Source: Pecten maximus
Taxonomy: Eukaryota
Reading direction: 5' to 3'
Assembly (NCBI RefSeq): GCF_902652985.1
Contig: NC_047016.1
Location: 21,142,001-21,206,000 of the forward strand
DNA length: 64,000 nucleotides
In this document: positions 54,189-64,000 of the stretch, piece after piece
How the letters are laid out: every line of letters begins with the position of its first letter
Numbering within the stretch: position 1 is the stretch's first letter
Translations under genes and position numbers: made by a program
The notes under the pieces: model-generated
The model's input: the letters and a program-made list of their open reading frames with translations, nothing else
Told to the model about the DNA's origin: nothing
The model's database searches: none

Positions 54189-54421
54189 ATCGCCATCATA
54201 AATTATGTACTAAGTAATTATAGAGACTTATTGATCAGATTCCTGATAAAACTGGATTCCCTTACAAATAATAAGAAGATGCCTTCAAAATCATGTCAAC
54301 GGTTTAGAAGGGAATTAGCTGAAATGATTATGGCAATGATACGTGTTGGTATGTTTAACGAGAACTGTTTTGTTAAAATATGTATTGTTATTCACTTTTA
54401 TGATAAGAAGTTTATGTTTAT

Positions 54422-54470
54422 ATTAAATATTTTAAAGATATATCACACTTGTTGATTTGTTTGTTCATTT
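54422..54470 (+). terminator. Candidate polyadenylation signal of the BarH-like gene
   Basis: ATTAAA at 54422-54427, CA dinucleotides about 20 nt downstream, then the GT/T-rich TTGTTGATTTGTTTGTT. Confidence 0.45.
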
Positions 54471-57400
54471 AATTGAACAGTATGATCTGATCACAGCACT
54501 CATATTAAAGTAATTGAAATATGTTTTCCAACACTCACAATACGGAAACAATACTTCTTTCCAGCTTCATATCGCTTAATCAGCGCTCAGTGTTATTGCT
54601 GGCGGTGGTCATTTATCGTAAAAGGTATATCCGTATCAATTACTTAGCAAGGCATCCTTTATTTCCTCATGGAATGCATGCCAGCAGGTGAAGTTGACAC
54701 ACAAAATATACTTGAGTTTTGTCTTTCTTAGGAAATCTGCTTCGTTCATGATAGCATCGATAACATCTTATTTAGAAACATGTATATGTTTTGATTTATA
54801 TTGCATTCATATAAATAGGCGGGAGACTTTTAAAATATATAGCATATATAGAATGTACCTACTCTTACATCTTTCAATAATAATAGACTTTTGTATTTAC
54901 TAAACCTGTCACACATATTTCTTTTTCTTTCAAATGAAAATTGCATTATCTTTCCTTTATCTGTGAAGGCGTCTATGAATTCATTAAAGTTGTCATTTAA
55001 AAGAAAACGTCTTTTTGTACCTAGACCATAACTAAGCCTTGTATTTGACGTATGTGTGTAAGCACGGACAGGGAAGGTATACTATTACAGTGTTTCTACT
55101 TAGATTAGTGGAAGTGCGGAAAGATAGCAATCACAAATCTTCCAACGCTTTATATAGTCCAGTGATTCTGGTTTTAATGGCGCCATCATACAAAGCAAAT
55201 AATTTCAAATGTTACGTTGAGGTGACTCGTTGTGGAACTTCATAATAGCCATGGTATTGTATTTGGTTATCGTAGACATTGGCAGGGTGGCACCTATCGT
55301 TTGGTTAGTGAGAATGTTCACTCTTTGTTACAATTACGGACTTGAATCATTCAAACTATAATTGAGTGTTTCTTATATTATTATTATTTACATTATCTCC
55401 GCACATTATAACATCATATTGATAACGAATAAAAAAAATAGTTTAACTCGTACACATTTGTAAAGGATAATGCTTTCAAAACCAACTTACAAGCTTTTGC
55501 TGTTATAGGGACATAAATGTAAACAATGAATAGTATGACACAGCTCAATTAAGTTTTCCCTTAAAATCACGTTTCTTTACTTATTGACCTCTGTTTGAAT
55601 TCGATTATTTAGAATCTTTAAAATAAGTTCAACCCTGAAGCACTTATATGGTTATAAGAATATTTAGAGAGAAATTATTCATATAAAATAAATGAGTATC
55701 GATGAACGAAATAAAAACAAAAGAAGCTTTTATCACTGGCTACATCATATAAATACATAAATATTACTACAGTTATTTCAAAGACTCTGGATAAGTATCA
55801 GATAAGTGATGATTTCACTAATGCAAAAAAAAAAAACGCCTCTGGAGCAAAATTCGAATAGCATCATGGAACACATTTGATTGTATACATTCGAGAAAAT
55901 GCATTGATCATATCACTATTGTTATATTTTCTGAGGAATTTGCATGTAATGGCTCAAATCTAATTCACCTAATATTACATATTGTTTTCTTTCACTAATA
56001 AAATCACTAAAACCGGATAATAGAAGATATTCAATAAGAACTTTAGTAAAATAAAAAATATATTGGTGCGGCTAATAGTTTTGTACCTTCCATGCATGCT
56101 GCTCACTCGTGAAAAATATCAAACAGTAGCAATAGTTGTGAAATGCAGATTCCGATTTGGGTGGCTTTTAAGAAATACTTTTTACACACACAAGTATGTT
56201 TATCTCATTTGTACTGACGAATAATGAATACTAATGCTTTATAAGTTATCTTTTGTTGATGCTAGAGGCACAGGGAATATAATTAAAAAGAGAATATAGA
56301 AATTTCCGAGCCGAAATTATATTGTAAAGATAACTAGGAAAATGCACTAATAATGAATTTGACATTTTAGTTGCCACAGTTACATAATTAGGTCATGTAG
56401 GATCGATCAAATGCATCAGCAGTAGTTTATGATAAATAAAATTTAACACTTTGAAGTTAGTCGGTTAAAGATCAGAAAGGGATATGAGCAAAAATAGATT
56501 GGCCTTAACAAGGCTCGGAATATACGCGTGTGAAGGACATTACACGAGTGTCGATGTAATATGGCATTTTTTATAAGATTTTTATAATTTAATATGTCTC
56601 CAGCCTTGGCGATTTTATTTATCACAAAACTAAAAAAATGTTCACTAAAAAAATGTTCATATAATACAGGCTGCCACTCGAACGGGTAGTTTGTCACCAC
56701 TAAAACAATCACGTGGCATCATCACAACATGCCTTATCTATGACGTTACAGTAGTGTTATTACACATGCATCTATGGATATATAACTATATGTATGTCTA
56801 TGCGGTATGACATGACCAAACATGCCAGTTTTGCGATAATTTCATTTTTTTAATCATCCAATATACAATTTGTACCAAACTGATGCAAGTATAGTGCTAT
56901 TACTATTTCCCTTCTACATTGAACTTATTTCGAATTCCCTCTTATCGATTTCTACACAATTTTGGTTTCCAGCGTTTATAAAACGAGTACAATTTCACAA
57001 GAAATACTATCGTGAGTAATACCGTATCTCATTTATAAGGAAAACATTAACAGTTTGGGCCCAACACATAGTTTAATAAATCATCCTATTTCTCACATAC
57101 AATCATTATTCCCTCACTTGATCGATATTTAGCTATACCCAGAAATGTACATTTATCTAATGTTGGTGAAAATAGATGATTTTCCAGTCGGCTTAACCTG
57201 TTGAATGAAATGATCACACTCCTCTTGTTATTTTAAAGTTGTTTTTATGCTTTTTTTTATTTATATATATATTCTAAATTTGTTTGAGTTACGGATGAAT
57301 TTAAAATACAAAATACAAATTGAAATTAAGATTTTATTTGAATTAAACGTTTTGATAGAAAAATGACTACACACATGTATATGAATGTTTCCTGACAAGT

Positions 57401-59290
57401 TCATCGTCCACTCCCAGCAAATAAGATTTGCAACTGCCAAGCGCAACAACTTCATCAAATTCTAACATATTGATGAGTCAAATGAGAAGAAAAGCACCTG
57501 CTATTTCATCAATAAGTGTATATGTGTTGATGAGTATCCATGTAGATATGCATTCACTACAGACAGAAATGTTTCTCAATGTTTGTGACAAAATCACATT
57601 GTACCGATCATGTTTATTGGACATCAAAATCGTGCAAATGCATTTTAATTTAATGAATAAAATCATAATCAATTGTAACGTTTTTAATCTGTCTGTCATA
57701 CTTAAGACACCTCGTTGCCATGTTTTATGAGGAGAAGGGTAATAACGTGTACTTTACCACGGTACCGCCCAGCGTTATAAGTGTTTCTGTTTTAATTTGT
57801 TTGTCTGTAGGATAATACAATGTTATCTCGCACATTTTGTTAACTGACACCAGATTATCATAGGTGTTAATGTATGCTGGTTGTTCTCGCTCCGTTCTAT
57901 TGTCTGAGATGATAACACTACTCATGCTTGCTTTAGTTCTTCTTTCTTTAACCAAACTATCGTGATTAAAGTTGCCGTTTATAAACACAACAGGCTCGTA
58001 ATTTTTCCCTTTAAAATTTCAATCAGTGCACAAGTACAATAGCCTGCATCGGGTGCTATATCTGGTGCCTTGACGGCTCACTAAGCACGGAGATCTACAC
58101 TTGTCATCTATCTCACCAAGGTCTACGGAAACATATCTATGTCGAAATCATTGCTTTGTTGAGTAACATCAAATCACATTGTTTTTTTAGCTGATTTAGA
58201 AATCTCAACGCAACAAACCACCCATGGACTTACCGAGTAACAAACGGTGTAACTGTGAGATGTGAACATTACACAAAATACTTATATGACATTGTGTAAT
58301 ATATCTATTCATTTATTTACATATACATGTATATATATTTGTAATTCCAATGAAAGATATTGTAGGAGTATATCCATTACAAGAAATTGATTAGGTAGCT
58401 TATTAATAATGCAATAATAAATTTGGATCGATTAATTACTCGATAAAAAATGTTTAATAGCACTAACAGACGACTTCCAGAAGTGGAAGTTTTTCTCCAA
58501 AGATGTTTGCTACAATCATTACTTCTTATTCTCTTAATAAAAAAAAACAACTTTTGTCACGCCCATAAGAAAATGCGTTCATCTTTCTTTCCGAATAAGA
58601 AATACTATGAATATTTCCGAGGAGAATGTCGACTGTTGGTGGCGAAACTACTCTGGAGAGACAGATATATGTATATGGTGACGGTGGTCAGAGATATATC
58701 CATTGTGGACCGCATTATAATGCATAAATCTTTATTTCCTCCTCAGATGAAGATTTTTACTACAAAACATGTGCATCAATTTACTGTACTTTGAGCATTT
58801 CATGGTTCGGGAGAGCTCGGTAGTATGACTGATCAAATCGGTGTTACTATTACGTTTCTCGTTTTGAAACCTTTAATCATTGATGGTGTGTTATCTATAA
58901 ATAACAAAAGGACAATGACAACACAAACTCTTCAACACCTGTCGCTTAACTCGATCTTAACTGACAACATAACCTATAGAGACAACTTACAAGTAAGACG
59001 TACGATAAGCGCAATGAATTTGATTTCCAATTTCCAATTTCTAGATAGTAGCACCCCATTATGACGGTTTCCGTGACAGATGTCGACAAGTGACAAAAAC
59101 GAATACAAGGTTTCGAGTGGTACAGGTTGATGAAGTTTTCAAACATTTATTTCCTTTTTGGGCTGTGTCGGGCATGGTTGAAGATAATGTCTTAAAAATC
59201 AAATAAGTTATAAAGCACCCACACAGACTAATGTGTAAAAAAATATATTGTCTACCTCCATAAAATGGAATAGAGTATTTCCCAATACTG

Positions 59291-59337
59291 TGTTTGGTTT
59301 GTTTTTGTTTAACGTCCTATTAACAGCCAGGGTCATT
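59291..59337 (-). mobile_element. 5'-truncated SINE/LINE 3' tail with a 14-bp target-site duplication
   Basis: The minus strand reads (AAT)GACCCTGGCTGTTAATAGGACGTTAAACAAAAACAAACCAAACA, flanked by the direct repeat ATTTCCCAATACTG at 59277-59290 and 59335-59348. Confidence 0.85.
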
Positions 59338-60799
59338 TCCCAATACTGGTGTTGGCTTTGATACTTGCCTGTGACATCAACTAGCCTAAATATATCTCAA
59401 CTATTTAGACTTTTAGCAAACAGAACTTTATACCACGAGCAGGCCCCAAAGTACAATAAAGCTGTGGCATATATACATATAGGAACCCTGCATGTTACTA
59501 AGGAAAAATGATATTGAAACACGATGTATTTCACATAGATCTAACTAAGCTGATGAAGGTGTGTTCGATATCATTTTGGTGTAAATGTACATATTGATCC
59601 TTGTGTGCAATGGGACTACGATACTTACGTCATCACGTGCAGTGACGTATATTATTCTATTTTATATTATAATTATGATAGTATGAATGTTATGAATTAG
59701 TACACTTATTAGATGAAATATAGTATGGACAACCTTATTAATTAGTGGATTAAAATTGGTTGCATATTTACTGCTTACATATTTCTATTGCTCATAGTCG
59801 TGCCCTATATTAATTATTTTTCTTATAATCATTTCTCAATCATACTTCTATCAAATTCAAGTAATCACTCTCCAACTATGCAACCTTACGGAATCCACTA
59901 AATATATTATCAAACTAATTTTGCCTTTCTTAACTGTCATTATCAAATTAAAACTCAGAATGTTGTATCCATGACTGGTCCCCAAAGCTTATGGGTGGAT
60001 GACCAGCAGCTACCTAGCTGTTATGGACTTTACTGGTCGGTATCCCATAGGCTGAGGGAATCCTGTTTTGGTTACAGGATTTCAAAATTTTCTTAAAATA
60101 AACTGGATGAAATACATTAAATAAAATCGACTAATTATACTCGACTCAGAGTTGTCCCTACTTAACTGATATCTCACTATATTATATATTATATGAATGA
60201 TGTTAACATGTATATACTCATTGTTACTAAATGGAGAGAACTTACATAGGCTATGCCTGTTGTTCCATCCTTTTTCTTTCAGAATTATTTTCTTTGAGAA
60301 ATAAAATTTGTTGAAATGAAATCACGTGCAGTGATTTCTGGGACTCGGATAACTGACTCTTGGCTTTATAAGATTTTTCTTTGGTTGGCACTTAAATTCT
60401 CAGTAATCACTTTAACTTTTGGTATTGGGACCCATCCAAATTTTGGAGACCATGTTCTTGACTAGCATTAAAAGAATTACTGGCGTGTAATATAAATGTG
60501 CTTCTGACATTAAAAGTGAAATGTGACATTACAACATACGTGTAAAACTATTATATACATACACCGGCACAAACAATTGACGTTCGCTATATTACATCTG
60601 CAATGAATATATCAAACACAAGCATCAAGTATGATATACCGTTGCATTACAGTCACCTGGATGCGGATGGTGCCAGAAAAGCGATCATCTATTAAATAGC
60701 ATTATTGCAAATTCTCAATTATAAATGAGACGATAATACACACTTTAGTGTTGTATGCCTAGAAATGAACTACCAGGTCTGTTTTTCCACCGTGTAACC

Positions 60800-60826
<27 letters not shown>
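60800..60826. repeat. (TA)n microsatellite
   Basis: About 13 TA units. Confidence 0.9.
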
Positions 60827-60831
<5 letters not shown>

Positions 60832-61129
60832 ATCGGGGTATACAGCGGTACGCGATTCCAATGAAAACACCACTCATTGTTAGGAGAATATGTTCCGCCA
60901 GGTTACTAATGGCTGTCTTGGTATTCATACATTTCAATGTACAGCTGTTTTGTACGTTATTTCTGTTTAATCCTTCCACATAATCGTATATTAATATCGT
61001 ATTGTGGATAACGGTTATATATAAGCGTATGATATACACTTCTTGTATAAAGTGCCAAAACAGGTGATCTGAGAATTATATTTCAAAGATAGGTTACGTC
61101 TCTATCAACCAATATGTTCAGCTCGATAT

Positions 61130-61315
61130 ATATACCGAACTCTGCTGAACTTTCAGTTCATTGATACCACAGACAGAACTCTTTATTTAGTTCGCCTGCA
61201 ATACTGAACCGAACTCTGCTGAACTTTTAATTCATAAGTATCACATGCATATGTTGAAATGCTAGAATGGTATACCAAACTCTGCTGAACATTTCTATCT
61301 TTGATACCACAGACA
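61130..61315. repeat. Three diverged ~70-bp direct repeats (core ACCRAACTCTGCTGAAC...GATACCACAGACA)
   Basis: The core occurs at ~61135, ~61208 and ~61274. Confidence 0.75.
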
Positions 61316-61659
61316 TGTGATGATCTCGGCTGGAAGTGTATCAAACTAGATTGGCCACATGTCTTAAGAATATCAAAATTATAATTTTAATTCAGGTTTA
61401 TGATTTCGGTCTAGAGGATATGTATGATTTTAAAGTTTCAAATAAGGGGAGAATGAGAGTATCAGAATTTAGTAGAGCAATGCTGACAAAAAAATGGTAG
61501 CCAGTGATGAACTCGCATGGCATGCTATGTGTTACTACTATTCATTCAGCCCTACTTTCAAAAGGATATCAAAACAAGATTGGTATTCTGAACTCTGAAC
61601 ATAACAATACGTTCATACCTATCAACAGCTATATAAATAGCATTTTTAATCCACAAAAT

Positions 61660-62150
61660 AAGTTTGGGCTAGATTTGGGAGAAGCATGGTGTAAAGTTTG
61701 GGAGGGAGTGTACGGGATTAGGTTTGGGAAGGATTGCACACGTGTGGGTTATGTTTTGGGGGTTGGGTAAGGTTTGGGAGAGTGTGCAGATTACTGTTTT
61801 AGAGAAAGTGTTAGGAATAAGGTTTGCGAGAGAGTGCAATGGTTTAGGTTTGGAACGGAGTTATGGAGTAAGGTTTGAGAGGGGTGAGGTTTTTAAAGGG
61901 GGTGTTTGTAGTTTAGTACGGAAGTGAGTTCGTGGGTTAGGTTTGGGAGGGAGTTTGTTAGGCTAGGTTTGAGAGGGGATGTGTGGTGCTAGGTTTGGGG
62001 GAGAGTATGTGGGGTAGGGTTTTGACGGGAGTATGTTGGGTCAGCTAAGGGATGAGTTAGTGGGCTTAGGATCAAAAGGAAGTATGTGGGCTTAGGATTT
62101 TGTAGAGAATGTGTGGGCCTAGCGCTGGGAGAGTCTGTGTGGGGTTAACA
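61660..62150. repeat. Old, degenerate G-rich ~25-27-bp tandem repeat (TTAGGTTTGGGAGRGAGTRTGTGGG-like)
   Basis: AGGTTTG recurs at roughly 25-bp multiples; strong G/T strand bias. Confidence 0.75.
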
Positions 62151-62209
62151 ATTGGTATCAAATTAGGAACAAACACAATCGCTATACATACATAGATTAA
62201 ATTCCTCTA

Positions 62210-64000
62210 GTTAACTGATGTACCTGTACAGATACAGATGCATCGGTACCCCTATTGTATCTCTACACATTCGGTATCCCCCCTGATGTACATATCCAGA
62301 TACACCTGTATCGTTATACCCCTGATATTGTGCCTATACAGATACACCTGTACCGGTATCCCCCTGATATTGTGCCTATACAGATACACCTGTATCGGTA
62401 TCCCCCCTGATGTACATATCCAGATACACCTGTATCGGTATCCCCCTGATGTACATATCCAGATACACCTGTATCGGTATCCCCCCTGATGTACATATCC
62501 ATATACACCTGTATCGGTATCCCCCTGATGTACATATCCATATACACCTGTATCGGTATCCCCCATGATGTACATATCCATATACACCTGTATCGGTATC
62601 CCCCCTGATGTACATATCCATATACACCTGTATCGGTATCCCCCCTGATGTACATATCCATATACACCTGTATCGGTATCCCCCTGATGTACATATCCAT
62701 ATACACCTGTATCGGTATCCCCCTGATGTACATATCCATATACACCTGTATCGGTATCCCCCTGATATCCATATACACCTGTATCGGTATCCCCCCTGAT
62801 GTACATATCCATATACACCTGTATCGGTATCCCCCTGATGTACATATCCATATACACCTGTATCGGTATCCCCCCTGATGTACATATCCATATACACCTG
62901 TATCGGTATCCCCCTGATGTACATATCCATATACACCTGTATCGGTATCCCCCTGATGTACATATCCATATACACCTGTATCGGTATCCCCCTGATGTAC
63001 ATATCCATATACACCTGTATCGGTATCCCCCCTGATGTACATATCCATATACACCTGTATCGGTATCCCCCTGATGTACATATCCATATACACCTGTATC
63101 GGTATCCCCCTGATGTACATATCCAGATACACATGTATCGGTATCCCCCCCTGATGTACATATCCAGATACACCTGTATCGTTTTCCCTCCTGATGGTCA
63201 TATCCAGGTACACCTGTATCGGTATCCCCCTGATGTACATATCCAGAAACACCTGTATCGGTATCCCCCATGATGTACATATCCATATACACCTGTATCG
63301 GTATCCCCCCTGATGTATATATCCATATACACCTGTATCGGTATCCCCCTGATGTACATATCCAGATACACCTGTATCGGTATCCCCCATGATGTATATA
63401 TCCAGATACACCTGTATCGGTATCCCCCCTGATGTACATATCCAGATACACCTGTATCGGTATCCCCCTGATGTACATATCCAGATACACCTGTATCGGT
63501 ATCCCCCCATGATGTACATATCCAGACACACCTGTATCGTTATCCCCCTGATGTACATATCCAGATACACCTGTATCGGTATCCCCCCTTCTGATATATC
63601 CAGATACACCTGTATCGGTATCCCCCTGATGTACATATCCAGATACTTCTGTATCGGTATCCCCCTGATGTACATATCCAGATACACCTGTATCGGTATC
63701 CCCCTGATGTACATATCCATATACACCTGTATCGGTATCCCCCTGATGTACATATCCATATACACCTGTATCGGTATCCCCCTGATGTACATATCCAGAT
63801 ACACCTGTATCGGTATCCCCCTGATGTACATATCCATATACACCTGTATCGGTATCCCCCTGATGTACATATCCAGATACACCTGTATCGGTATCCCCCC
63901 TGATGTACATATCCAGATACACCTGTATCGGTATCCCCCTGATGTACATATCCATATACACCTGTATCGGTATCCCCCTGATGTACCTATACAGATACAC
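62210..64000. repeat. 39-40-bp satellite (CTGATGTACATATCCAKATACACCTGTATCGGTATCCCC[C]), about 45 copies, running off the right edge
   Basis: Read directly. The variable C-run switches the frame among the three repetitive minus-strand peptides (GDTDTGVYGYVHQ, GIPIQVYMDMYIR, GGYRYRCIWICTS). Confidence 0.97.

Noticed and set aside
62238-64000. 582-, 522- and 265-aa ORFs
   Set aside because: Artefacts of a stop-free 39/40-bp unit; frames switch at the variable C-run.

Overview
This is eukaryotic, AT-rich animal genomic DNA. A bivalve mollusc is the most likely source, inferred from the SINE-tail and MITE styles and not verified. The only supportable protein-coding gene is a three-exon BarH-like (Barhl, NKL-class) homeobox gene on the + strand (CDS 52352-52685, 52960-53179, 53969-54188; 257 aa). 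It lies downstream of about 52 kb with no recognisable gene. Roughly 45% of the window is tandem repeat, in about 15 mostly unrelated arrays with units of about 12-60 bp; several show higher-order structure, and many units have internal dyad symmetry. Between the arrays are a Tc1/mariner-pogo-type MITE inserted in an array, a hairpin-bearing non-autonomous element, two 5'-truncated SINE/LINE tails, and several TAAT-rich islands that look like cis-regulatory modules. Almost all long ORFs in the supplied track are artefacts of stop-free repeat units. I found no CRISPR array, rRNA, tRNA or prokaryotic system, and no novel multi-gene system can be supported from the sequence alone.
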